Source: Nemertoderma westbladi (lineage: Eukaryota > Animalia > Xenacoelomorpha). From it: DNA of 64,000 nucleotides. The DNA lies in contig JAUCBJ010006989.1 of assembly GCA_032718475.1 (NCBI GenBank), forward strand, positions 21,546 to 85,545. Reading direction: 5' to 3'. Positions 13,884 through 26,192 of this stretch are shown one piece after another. A model generated the notes under the pieces. That model did not search any database. It was not told the DNA's origin and was given only the letters and a program-made list of their open reading frames with translations. A program made the position numbers and the translations under genes. Within the stretch, counting starts at the first letter, position 1. Each line of letters starts with the position of its first letter.

Positions 13884-14372
13884 AGTAGGCTTTCCAGGAT
13901 TTGGAAGTCACCGAGAATTAATCGGAAACTTAAGGTCCGGTTATTTAGAGCAGCAGTAGTTCCAGTACTCCTCTATGGGAGTCCATGCTGGGCTCTAACT
14001 GCTGAGGACACCAAATCTCTGGACGGCACTTTCACAAGAATGCTACGCCGGGTTCATTGTGTCAAGTTCAATGCACACATCTCCAACAACTATATAACAT
14101 TGGAGGTGTCTCATTGGTTCCCCCAAGCTTGACACTAGAACAAAATCGCCTCCGCTTTGCAGGACATTGCTTTCGCCGTGAGGACCAGCCAGTGCATAAT
14201 CTTCTTCTTTGGCAGCCTCATGGAGTGAATAAGCATGGTGGACAGCCCACGACTTTCTTGAGACGCATCTTAAAGGACACTGGCCTTGAAGATGCGGATG
14301 ATCTAGCAAATGCCATGGGTGATAGGGAGTTGTGGCGGTGCAATTTTGTCGATAAGCCGGCACAGCATTCTT
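13884..14372 (+). mobile_element. 5'-truncated RTE-clade LINE fragment
   Basis: [33 protein letters not shown] and [11 protein letters not shown] are typical of the RTE C-terminus. Frameshifted; closely similar to the copy at 19960-21360. Confidence 0.85.
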
Positions 14373-14617
14373 AAAAATGCAGCTCCAATGCAGCATGCCG
14401 ATCCTAGTAGTAGGAGGGTAGAACTGGGGGTAATTAGAATGTGTTAATGGTAAAATAGTAAATATACCCTATTGTTACCCAAATGCCCAGTAATTAAGCT
14501 GTTTACCTAACTGCCACGGGGAAGGGGGAGGGGGGGGGGGGGGGGGGAGGCTAAGGCTGAGAATATAGAATTCTAGATATTTATATAATATATAATATAT
14601 AAATATATATATCGATA

Positions 14618-14812
14618 GGGCGGGGTAGCTCAGTTTGTTGAGCGCCGGGCCTGCAATCTATTGGTTGTAGGTTCAACCCCGCCAGGGTCCACTCACTCAG
14701 CCTTTCATCGGGATAGAAGTAGCGCCCACCCCTACCCTCGGGTAGCAGCTATCGAAAGAGGAGCCTTCGGGTCGCCTCCGGCTTCGGCCGACTGTTTACT
14801 TGCTTTTTTGCT
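14618..14812 (+). mobile_element. tRNA-derived SINE with conserved central core and LINE-like tail
   Basis: A box TAGCTCAGTTTG, B box GGTTCAACCC, core CTCAGCCTTTCATC, tail GTAGCGCCCACCCCTACC...GGAGCCTTCGGGTCGCC. A second copy lies at 54510-54670 on the minus strand. Confidence 0.75.
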
Positions 14813-14867
14813 TTATATATATATATATATAAATATTATTATTTATATTATAGATTTTATATTTATT

Positions 14868-15050
14868 AAGTGTTTTATAGCACTTATTTCAGTCTTATAA
14901 CCTGTACATATACTAATTCGTTTATTGTTTTGTTTAGATTCAGCCCTTCTGTTACCTGTGTATTTGGTGAAAACCTGATATTCTTCACATGGGGGTAACT
15001 GCAAAGTGAAAAATAACGGTAGAAAGTGTGGTATTCTTCACAAAGGGCCC
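14868..15050. mobile_element. Partial copy of the CCCATGTGAAGAATAC MITE family
   Basis: Reverse-complement similarity to 17613-17908 and direct similarity to 18741-19022. Confidence 0.75.
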
Positions 15051-15450
15051 TAACCCTAAGTCATAATACCAGAAATTTAGCATTGGACGCATTGGAAATT
15101 GGACGCAAATAACCCAAATAATAGCTGAAGCTGATTACTCTAAAAATAAAACTGTAACCTGTTCTATTGTGTTTAGTTTAGTTTATTGTTTTGGTTAAAA
15201 TAACGTAGTAACGGTAAAAATTAAACGTTAATGTAACGGTAAAAATTAACATTGGGGCGGGATATTAATTCGCCAAGATGGGATTTGCATCCAGTTCCCC
15301 CCCTGTCTCGCACTATCATATCCTAACATCCGAAACTGCCAAACAGCTTTATATTGTTTGTATGATTTATCTTATTTGAATTAATTTACCTCTCTTTGAT
15401 TAAAGTTAGTTTGATTAATAGTTCGATTCGAACTAGAGCTCATTCGTTCG

Positions 15451-16191
15451 GGTTCCATGTAAATTGAACCAACGTCAATTGAACCACGTCAATTGAAACA
15501 CGTCAATTGAACCATGCGTCAATTGACCCAGCGTCAATTAAACCAGCTCAATTGAACCAAGCGTCAATTGAACCAAGCGTCAATTGAACCAAGCGTCAAT
15601 TGAACCAAGTGTCAGTTGAACCAAGTGGCAATTGAACCAAACGTCAGTTGAACCAAACGTCAATTGAACCAAACGTCAATTGAACCAAGCATAAATAAAC
15701 CCATAATCAAAAAATGTAATATACATAATATAATTAATATTATTAATATTATTCAACCCCATTGAATAAAATAGATCATTCTAGAATCTTCATCCACCAG
15801 TAGAACATTTCGCGATTAAAAAATAACAAATTTGCAATAATTATTATTTTGTTGGTTAAATTAACATTTCATTAAATTGATGCTTGGGTCAATTGACGCA
15901 CGGGTCAATTGACGCATGGGTCAATTGACGCTTGGTTCAATATACGCTTTGTTCAATTGACGCTTGTTTAAATTCACGTTAGGATCAATTGATGGGTGAT
16001 AAACTTTGGTTCTAATGACGTATGGTTCAATTGACGTGTGGTTCAATTGACGTTGGTTCAATTGACACAATGTTAAATTGACGTTGGTTCAATTGACGTG
16101 GTTCAATTGACGTGGTTCAATTGACGTTGGTTCAATTGACGAGGTTCAATTGACGTGGTTCAATTGACTTTGGTTCAGTTGACGTGTCACC
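15451..16191. mobile_element. Foldback/MITE with inverted arrays of AATTGAACC(AAGC)GTC subrepeats
   Basis: Left array caattgaacc.. (15460-15690) and right array ggttcaattg.. (15885-16185) face each other. Apparent flanking direct repeat GTTCG. Confidence 0.75.
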
Positions 16192-16963
16192 GTTCGATTC
16201 ATTCATTGGTTTCCTACGCGGTTTCCTACAGATACAGTAGACAGGCAGATGACGGCTCTCCGTAAGTACGGAAGTACTGCCGTCATTTGTATTCAACACT
16301 GGCACAGAGTTTCCCGAGGGAATTCCGCAAAAAAAGTCCCTGGCGGTTCCTTGCGACCCCAATTCCTCCATTCTATACTTCCCTGGAGTTCCCTTTATCT
16401 GTGTTCCACCGCGACCCCCCACTCCACTTAAACTCCCTCCCATTGAGGAACGCCAACTTCAGTTGCTCATTGAGCGCGATTTAATTGGGGGCTTTTTGCA
16501 GCTGACTGAACCTGTTATTTCTACGTGGCTAAAGGGAATCGCAGGATACGGACGATCTGAGTTCCAAGTATTACTTTTCGTATTCCATTACGTATATATT
16601 GGACAGAGAACAGGCTTCACTTTTGCCAAAGCGGCAACTTTGCTCGGACGTGTTTTGTATCGGCGGTATATATTAGTATTTGTGTGACGACTCTGAGAGC
16701 TCAAACTGAGTTGAGCGACCCCATAATCAGTCTGATAAAATGACCACAGGTCTTTAGTAGATAATGTAGACTTTATTTTATTAGCTTCCTTATCGTGATA
16801 TAAAACGTCAGATGGAATTAGTATACGGCCCATGTGAATAATACCAGACTTTCTGCCGTTATATTTCACTTTGCATTTACCCCCATGTGAAGAATACAAG
16901 GTTTTCACCAAAAACACAGGTTACAGAAGGGCTTAATCTAACCAAAACAATAAACGAATTAGT

Positions 16964-17599
16964 ACACGTTCGTGGGGACTTCGCGCAGCACGTAGTCGGC
17001 AAGCCTTGGCATACGGTTCATATAGAGCAAATGGAGCATGTCTAGTTTGAACCCCATATCCCATGCTATAAATGTATTCATTCGATATACAATCATATGT
17101 TAATCCGCTAGGTGGTGTCAAATTGTTATTCTGCAATTTCGTACTTACCAGTGCAGCACTGTACAGCAGTACCGTACCGGTAGGCCTATGTCATTACTTC
17201 TGAGTCTCTAGCGGATCCCCAATTAAATGTCTTAACTTTTCAATTTCGTAAAAGATAGACTTCATGATTCTCTACAGGCCACCAAAATTTCAGCTCAGGA
17301 AAATGAGGCCTTCCCGAGAAATTTAACATTCTCTAAAAACCACATAATCTGTCGTAGCTGACGTCAGACTGCATGATTTTTCACCAAACTTTACAAACTT
17401 TCTAAACTTTCTCTCTACTACTTACCTACTAAGTTTGGTTCAATTCCGAACCAGCGATGCCGAGAAATTCGCGTTCAAACATTTACCAGACAGACAGACA
17501 GACAGACAGACAGGCAGACAGACAGACAGACGGACATGCCCCATTTGCCCTATATGAACCGTATGCCAAGGCTCGCCGACTACGTGTCTCGCCCCACAT
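16964..17599. mobile_element. Non-autonomous Helentron/HINE-like element nested in the MITE
   Basis: Termini GTGGGG.CTTTCGCGCAGCACGT and GTCTCGCCCCAC, a subterminal inverted repeat (cgtagtcggc.agccttggcatacggttcatatag) and a (GACA)n microsatellite. The termini match 49291-50560. Family assignment is inference. Confidence 0.55.
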
Positions 17600-17612
17600 G
17601 TACAGGTTATAA

Positions 17613-17908
17613 GGCCCATGTGAAGAATACCAGACTTTCTGCCGTTATATTTCACTTTGCAGTTACCCCCATGTGAAGAATACCAGGTTTTCACCAAAAC
17701 CACAGGTTACAGAAGGGCTGAATCTAACCAAAACAATAAACGAATTAGTATATGTACAGGTTATAAGACAGAAATAAGCGCTATAAAACACTTAATAAAG
17801 ATAAATTAAAAAAAAATAAAAAATCTTCATATATAAATAATCACCAATAAAATCATTCCAATAAAAAGTCGACCGAAAAGTGAAATCCTGGTATTCTTCA
17901 CATGGGCG
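17613..17908. mobile_element. Second copy of the same MITE inserted into its own family member, 8-bp TSD GGTTATAA
   Basis: TIRs ggcccatgtgaagaatacc / ggtattcttcacatgggcg; TSD at 17605-17612 and 17909-17916. Confidence 0.85.
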
Positions 17909-18740
17909 GGTTATAAGACAGAAATAAGCGCTATAAAACACTTAATAAAGTTAAATTAAAAAAAATAAAAAATCTTCATATATAAAATTCCAATAAAAAG
18001 TCGACCGAAAAGTGAAATCCTGGTATTCTTCACATGGGCGTAGTATACGGTAGTTTAGTTGGTGTGTACATGGTAGTCCATACTTGTCCTTGAGCTCTAC
18101 TAATAAAAGCAATAGGTATTGGAAATCGTCCTTACGGTTACGGACAGGAAAATAACTATCCGTATTTAAAGTAAACCATGTTTCACTTTTCATTTCGTAC
18201 TTTTTAGTAATTGTATACTATGTTTCAGTTTTCACTTCGCAATGCCTTATTAATAGCCTACTGTACTGCTGTCAGACAGTTCTGCTGCAGTTTGGCGGCA
18301 TGCAGTAGGCCTAACTGTTGAACCAGTATTTGTTGTCTTTATTATTTACTACAGTACAGTCTGTATGTATAGTCCGGTTCCGGTAACGGAACCATCCTCA
18401 ATTTCGTAGTACCGTACGTATAGGCCTACCGGCTGACCGGTAATGATACTTACTAAAAAACAAACTACAGTACAGTCAGACATTCTGAGTCTGACACAGA
18501 CGGCAGGACGAGGACGGTACTCGGTCAGTCGGTTGCGATAAGGTAGGATCTTTGCTTAGGCCTAGAGGCTGAGAGGTATATAGACTACTGCCTATATTAT
18601 CAGATTATAGGTCTAGATAAGGTCTATAGGCCGAGCATTATGAATTACTACCAGTACCGGTACCAACATCCTTACATACACCAGCTGACCTGCACGTCTG
18701 GTATAGATAGAGCCATACAGTAGTATGTATAAGCGTTAAG

Positions 18741-19022
18741 CGCCCATGTGAAGAATGCCAGGATTATACTTTTCGGTCGACTTTTTATTGGAATTTTATA
18801 TATGAAGGCTTTTTGTTTGTAATTAAATTAAGTCAGTAAGTGTTTTATAGCGCATATTTCTGTCTTGTAACCTGTACATATAGGTACTAATTCGCTTATT
18901 GTTTTGGTTAATTTCAGCCCTTCTGTAAACTGTGTTTTTGGTGAAAACTGTGTATTCTTCACATGGCGGTAAGTGCAAAGTCAAATATAACGGCAGAAAG
19001 TCTGTTATTCTTCACATGGTCG
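18741..19022. mobile_element. Third, diverged copy of the MITE in opposite orientation
   Basis: TIRs cgcccatgtgaagaatgcc ... gttattcttcacatggtcg; no clear TSD. Confidence 0.75.
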
Positions 19023-19429
19023 GTATTATACTGTAAGACGTTTTATATTATTTTGTGTTTAATTTTCCTTATGTTTTATAATTTGTTGGTTGTCTTATTG
19101 TATGTATACACTTTTTTTGACAGTGGTGTCTCCTCAAATAATATAATACGGTACTGTATCAGAGCCTACCGTACGGTAGTTGGTTTTTACCTTATCGTAC
19201 CATGCATAGCGGTGTTACCATGTGGCATTTGTAACGATTGCAGCGTTTCCCAATCAGCCAATGTCTTGCATAGAGACCTAACTTATTCTACTAAAAAATC
19301 ATGATTGAAACAGACTGATTGTGTGTGATATATGTGATATACTGTTTACCTCTGTAGGGATGTTTCAGACCTACTTGCTGACTACCTTTCTCTGACTGGT
19401 TGGTATCGACTGAACTGAAACTGAAAGTA

Positions 19430-22400
19430 ATGGCAGACGGTGGAGAGGAAAGGTCTACCGAGAACAATGATCGTGACCCTGTATTTAAATTTCTTAAAGA
19501 AATTGAAGAAACGTTTCCACCCGAACAACAGGAAGTTCAGCTTCCAGATGATTTTCTTAAACCGCGACTGGCAATTTATCAACAGCTGAGCAATGCTGTG
19601 GAACCCGACCAATCTGTAGACGATAAACTCAAAGCAGAAATAAAACCATCTCCGTTGAAAGAGAAACGTGAGAGTCTGCCTGTTTATAAACAACGAGAGG
19701 CGATTATTGATATGATCAATGATAACCAAGTCTGTTTGATATCTGGTCTAACTGGCTGTGGTAAAACTACACAAGTAACGCAATACATTCTCGAGGAGTT
19801 TATACAGCAAGGTTTATTCATAATATTACTTAATAGTTAATACGATGTTTAATATCAATGTGCAGCTTACGGGTTACAGAGTGGCATGTTATTCTAACCA
19901 AATCACAATCGATAATCAAAGCATTATAGCTGCATTATATATATATTACATATATATTTAGAATGCTGTGCCGGCTTGTCGACAAAATTGCGCCACAACT
20001 CCCTATCACCCATGACATTTTTGCTAGATCATCCGCATCATAAAGGCCAGTGTCCTTTAAGATGCGTCTCAAGAAAGTCGTGGGCCGTCCACCATGCTTA
20101 TTCACTCCATCATAAGGTCGCCAAAGCACAATATTATGCATTGGCTGGTCCTCACGGCGAAAGCAATGTCCTGCAAAGCGGAGGCGGTTTTCAACTAGTG
20201 TCAGGGCTTGGGGGAACCAATGAGACACCTCCAATGTTATATGTTATATAGTGTCTGGTTGGAGATGTGTGCATTGTACTTGACACCGTTAACCCGGCGT
20301 AGCATTCTTGTGAATGTGCCATCCAGAGATTTGGTGTCCTCAGCAGTTAGAGCCCAGCATGGACTCCCATAGAGGAATACTGGAATTAATGCTGCTCTAA
20401 ATAATCGGACCTTAAGTTTCCGATGAATTCTATGTGACTTCCAAATCCTGGAAAGCCCATTCAAGGCTGCCCATGCCTTTCCCTTACGTATTCGAAGGTC
20501 CTCACCTGACTTCCGGATCCATGATCCCAGGTAACAAAAGTCGTCCACATGCTCAAGCATACCATCCTTTGAGCTTATGCTCATCCGATGAGAGACTTGC
20601 TGAGAACTTTCAAAGTTAACTGTCAAAATTTTGGTCTTTTTGGAGTTAATAAAAAGACCAACACTAGAAGCAGCGTGTTCTAATGAGCTGAGGAGCCGTT
20701 GGGCTCCCTCTAGTGATTCTGAGAGCACTCCTAAGTCATCAGCAAAGTCTAGATCAGTTAGGTACTGTACTTGGCTGGATTTCCTTTACTTCTGGAGCCA
20801 GAAGGTGGAATTATCATCACCCCCATCATCATTATGATGATCTAAGGACATGCGTAGAACATAGTCAACCACAATTATGAACAAGAATGGCGCAAGTGTG
20901 TCTCCCTGGAGGACTCCCCATCCCATAACACTTCGAATGGTTCTGTGTCACCATCAACAGTAGACACAAATGTTGTCGAACCATCGTATACTGATCTGAT
21001 TGCTGCAATAATTTTATCAGGAATCCCATAAAATGAAAGTATGCTGAACATAAGTGAGCGAGAGACTGAATCAAAGGCCTTGAAGAAGTCAACAAAGATA
21101 ACAGTCAGATACCGTCTTTCTTTTTTGATAACTCTTCAATTATCCTTCTAAGTGCCAAAATGGGCTCCATGTTCCCACGACCTTTACGGAACCCATTCTG
21201 ATTTCCACGGAGCAGTCTCTCAATGGGATCCTTGATTTCGATTTAATAGAATTCTATTGTATTTTTTTACTGTATTACTTTGCAGCAATCGAGATCAATG
21301 AGATTCCCCGAAAAGAACCATAGTGTGTTAGGTTGCCCTTCTTGGGAACTGGCACCAACTTATTTGTTTTCATTTCTTGTGGTCAAATGTGCTGGAGTAT
21401 GGAATACAAAATAAATATACATATGTATATTGTATATTTAGTATTCCATGGCTGGAATATTTTTCAAGATCTTCAAAAAACCTTTCAAACGAGCCATAAA
21501 TCATCAAATTTTGGTGAAAAAATGATGGAGTAGTAATTTAAAAATTGAAATGTCTACAAATGTAATTTTGAGATAGTTTTATTTAACGTTTGAACCTTCC
21601 AGCAAAAGCCTGTATGTTTGTGGTGTGTTAATCAGTTAGAAATGTTTGGCACTAAGGCTCTACTACTCTTTTTCAATCTACTGTAAAGAAAGCTGAACAT
21701 AATTAACTGAGAAAATCTTACTTAAAGGTTTTGGAGTATACAATATACATACATCCTAGATTTATGCCCCACGCCACGGTCAATCAACTAAAGGCTGAGA
21801 GATCTCATAATATTGACAGTCACAATGAGTGAATGTCAATAGCAGTCTGACTCTGACAGTAATTATTGATATTTTCGGTGAATTAGTGGTTTCACACACA
21901 TTTACTGTATTCCTATAAATTTATTTCTTATAAACAACCCAACACAACACTTAACTTAACTAATACTTACAGGTACAGCTTTTAACAAAGTCATGTTATC
22001 TATCGTTCAGGTTGGTTAGAACAGGTCACCTCCAATCTGGAAGTCCCCAGTTCGTTCTGCAGACTTTGCTAAGCAGTGCCCAGATGTGCCAAATTAGGAT
22101 TATAGTAGAGTAGTTATACTGTAGTAACAACATAACAATACAAAATACACCAAACATTACATTACATTTAAAACTAATATAAAGTAATTACGGTGCACAA
22201 TAAAATTATTAATAACCTAATAATTTATTGTAGAACTATTTACTATTCTACGTATTCCTATTGCACACTGATCAGATCACTGAGACGTGAGATTTTACTT
22301 CCGATTTAATATAATATTTATTATAATTTAGGCCCACATGGCAAGTTACAAAATTCACTCATTAACACTTTAAGCTTTTAGATTTTAAATAAATTAAATT

Positions 22401-23053
22401 AAATAAATTTTTGTGTGTCTGTAAGACATCATAATACCGATAATATTTGTTTACGGTAACCAATCGGTCACCAATTATAAAGGCCTACATGACAATGTTT
22501 CTTTGTATGTAGGTTACGGTTCACGTTGTAACATTGTCTGCACTCAGCCACGACGCATATCAGCAGTGTCCGTAGCTGAACGTGTCGCACAAGAGAGAGG
22601 CGAACCTTTGGGATTCAGTGTCGGATATGCGATCCGGTTCCAGAAGAGGTTGCCTAGGAAACACGCCTCTATACTCTACTGCACCACCGGGGTTCTGCTT
22701 AAATGCTTCGTGGCGGACCCTAACTTACCGAGGTCGGTTGGACTATCATACTGTAACAGAATTCCGAAATTTACTCAGCCAAGATTCATACATTTTTGTG
22801 AATATAGTGCCTCAATTAATTATACATCCTATGTACGTACAGTATGCCTTATTGGAAATTGAGCTGCATATTTGTCTACTGTATTTGATTTGGTTTTTTG
22901 TTATTGTGTTAGGTTTATTTTTGAGTTACGTTTTTGGAGTCCTGTACCGATATTTCGTTTTTGTTCAGATGGAGTCACATTATCTTAGACGAAATTCACG
23001 AACGCAATCTATTCGAAGACTTTCTCATGATTATACTGCGAGATCTGGTCCAG
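19430..23053 (+). CDS. DHX36: DEAH-box RNA helicase, DHX36-like; exons 19430-19811, 22513-22732, 22969-23053 (partial)
   Basis: The joined translation has RESLP, motif [11 protein letters not shown], Ia [31 protein letters not shown] and motif [19 protein letters not shown] junctions have consistent phases (1, 2). Downstream exons were not recognised, and a related DEAH paralogue such as DHX9 or DHX30 cannot be excluded. Confidence 0.75.
19960..21360 (-). mobile_element. RTE-clade LINE (RT region and 3' end), frameshifted, inside the helicase intron
   Basis: RT motifs [28 protein letters not shown] and DFADD, followed by the RTE C-terminus and a (TA)-rich tail. Confidence 0.88.
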
Positions 23054-24050
23054 GTAGGTTGGAGCCGGGGGGGGGGGGGGTGAGACGAATCCCATCTCGA
23101 CGAATTAATATTTCGTCTCAATATTAATCAATTAATGGAAAGGAGCAGGTTACAGTGTCACGTTATTGTAAAATTCTAAACAAAACATTAAACTAAGTCA
23201 ATAGAACTAACAGGTTACAGTTTTATTTTTAAGAGCCTTCAGCTGTTATTTGCCTAGATTTACCCTGAGGAGGGATTAATTTTATAGCGTCGAAAGTTTA
23301 CCGGAGCAAGGATCGTACGGTAGTTACTTTTTGCGGTAGCGGTACGGTATGGCTTTGCGGTAGCGGTACTGTAGTTGCGGTAGCAAAAAATGTAGCTGGT
23401 ATTAATGAAGTTAAACGCTCACTTTTTGACGATTAAAGTGTGGCGTTTATTTTTGGGATATTGTTTTCTTGAATAAATAATTATTTTAATTTCTTTTTGT
23501 TTTTTGTTGACAGAAAATACGATACAATACGAGCCAATTTTTAATATGTAATACTGTATGTAACTGCTTTAATGATGGCTGAACGTTTATTTTGCTTATA
23601 CATGGTGTGGTGTAGTGATTTTTGAAGGTATAAATAAAGGAAACAATATGATATTAATGTGAGAAAAAATTCGATATGATATGAAAAAAGTTTTGTAATT
23701 TTTTCGTATCATAAAAAATTTATATCTTATTAATTCTATGATTATACGAAATCAGGATTTATTATATGTGACGATTTCAAATAATTTGACTATTACAGTA
23801 CTATTTGGCTGCTGTTTCAGCCTATTATGACACGAACTTCAACTTAATTTAGGATCACAGTTAGTAAAAGTTTTACTTCTTAGGTAACTGTACTTATTTT
23901 TCAATTATCAATTTTACATGAATTTCATGGGCAGACAGAAACAGCACCCCAATTGGAAATTTGCCTAGTGTTACTGTAAATAGTAAAAACTAAAAACCAA
24001 CTACCGCAAATACCGCAGTAGTTGGCATTTGCGGTAGCGGTAGTAAAATA

Positions 24051-25623
24051 TGGCGTCTGATATGAGCCAAAATACCTTAGAATTATAAATGTGTACCTTA
24101 CATTTTTCATTAGCTTATATTTATAAGCATCGCTTAAAAGTATGGTATTTTTATGTAGTTGACTGTAATAAATCGCTTTAAATAAGGTATTTTATTGCAG
24201 TTGCTTAAAATGAAGTATGTGTTTATGCAGTAATATGGTTTAAAGAAACCGATGTTTTTACAGTGTCGTTTAAACATAGTTTAAATTATGCTAAGTTTTT
24301 GCAGTGTCGTTTAAACATAGTTTATAGTAACCGATGTTTTTACAGTGTCGTTTAAACATAGTTTAAAGTAAGCTAAGTTTTTGCAATGTCGTTTAAACAT
24401 CGTTTAAAGTAACCGATGTTTTTAAATTGAGAGCCTAATACGGAGGTGCCAACAAATTTCAGAAGATGATACATTTTCAAACTTAAATATAATAGAATAT
24501 TTAACACGTATTTTTCAATATAAGATTGATGTACTGGATCGCCTAATAGAGGATGGGAATACAGGTAATAGCCCTAGCGCCTCCGATACCAGTACAACAC
24601 GTAATTCTGGAATAATTGATTTAAATCGAAGCCTCCGTGAATGGCTGCATTGGTTATTAAGTTTACCTATTGCTCGGCATCAAAGTAGCTGTTGCTTATA
24701 TGTATCATCTGCAATTTGTTGGCACCTCCGTATTAGGCTCTCAATTTCAAAGATGAAATTTTCAGATGACATACCTACAGGCTACTGCAGTACTCTTTAA
24801 CTATACTGTTAACCGTACTGTCCGTACCGTGTACCCTACATATCAGAAATTCGATTTTGCTGATCGAATACTGGAATACAACAATTGCTCAACAGCGCCC
24901 TCTCGTGATCTATTTACTAATTGCAGATATTGTCAACAACGCATTTGATTGGACAAAACACTGCAAAAACATCGCTTACTTTAAACTATGTTTAAACGAC
25001 ACTGTAAAAACATCGCTTACTTTAAGCTATGTTTAAACGACACTGTAAAAACATCGCTTACTTTAAACTATGTTTAAACGAAACTGTAAAAACATCGCTT
25101 ACTTTAAACTATGTTTAAACGACACTGTAAAAACATCGCTTACTTTAAACTATGTTTAAACGACACTGTAAAAACTGCATAAACACATACTTCATTTTAA
25201 GCAATGTTGGAACAGAACTGCAATTAAATTCCTTATTTAAAGCGATTTATTACAGTCAATTACATAAACATAACTTACTTTTAAGCGATTTATTAAAGTC
25301 AACTACATAAACATAGCTTACTTTTAAGCGATGTTTTAACAGAACTTGTAAAAAATACCTTACTTTTAAGCGATTTATTAAAGTCAACTACATAAACATA
25401 GCTTACTTTTAAGCGATGTTTTAACAGAACTTGTAAAAAATACCTTACTTTTAAGCGATTTATTAAAGTCAACTTCATAAAACATAGCTTACTTTTAAGC
25501 GATGTATAAATTCAAATGCAATAAAATACCATACTTTTAAGCGATGCTTATAAATATAAGCTAATGAAAAATGTAAGGTACACATTTATAATTCTAAAGT
25601 ATTTTGGCTCAAATCAGACGCCA
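24051..25623. mobile_element. Long-TIR foldback element with internal tandem repeats
   Basis: Arm tggcgtctgatatgagccaaaatac... is mirrored by ...gtattttggctcaaatcagacgcca. Imperfect ~9-bp flanking duplication tagtaaaa; ~39-bp and ~70-bp internal repeats. Confidence 0.8.
24424..24747. mobile_element. Small MITE-like inverted-repeat element inside the foldback
   Basis: aaattgagagcctaatacggaggtgccaacaaatt and its reverse complement at 24715-24747. Confidence 0.7.
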
Positions 25624-26192
25624 TAGTAAAAAGCGTGCTATTTGCGGTAGCGGTAGTACCGAACGATCCCTGTAATCTGAGATTGAGAATCGTTGCACTA
25701 GAGTTGTGCACTTTACACCAGTTTTATTATTTATCAAAGCTGTTTTTTTACAAATTCTACATGTAGCGATTTTTATATCTAAAGTCTCTGGACTGGACGC
25801 AGCTATTAGGATATGGTGCATTTTTTCGCACTTTGGTTCTCCATTCCATTGGACTTGGAATTCGAGATACCGGGTTCAATACCACATTTATGTTTTTCGA
25901 CGAAAATATTTAGGTCTTGTAAAATAGGTTTAATTGAAACTTGAAAGCATGATTCAGTTGGTAGTAAGCCATTGAAGGAGGAGACACATAAAGTTAATGA
26001 GTTATTAGACGCGGACCTTAGAAGAGCGCTTGTTTTATATTTATTTATACATTGCCCGCCTTCTAATTCCCTTTGATGTGGTTCAAATAAATTATGTGTG
26101 CTAATTATTACATCTTTTCTATTCATCTTTTGTATCGGAATGTTCAATACATTTTATTCCATTGTCTTACGTTATATTCTCATAGTGTATGT

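Larger units (their letters stand above)
16827..18040. mobile_element. MITE (TIR G/CGCCCATGTGAAGAATAC, 8-bp TSD TAGTATAC) carrying two nested insertions
   Basis: TIRs at both ends; TSD tagtatac at 16819-16826 and 18041-18048. Confidence 0.85.
23308..25672. mobile_element. hAT-like non-autonomous element (CA(A/G)GGATCG termini, GCGGTA subrepeats) hosting a foldback insertion
   Basis: caaggatcgtacggta ... taccgaacgatccctg inverted termini; no TSD identified. Confidence 0.55.

Noticed and set aside
14618-14692. Functional tRNA gene
   Set aside because: A and B boxes are present, but the stems pair poorly and the sequence continues into a repeated SINE body.
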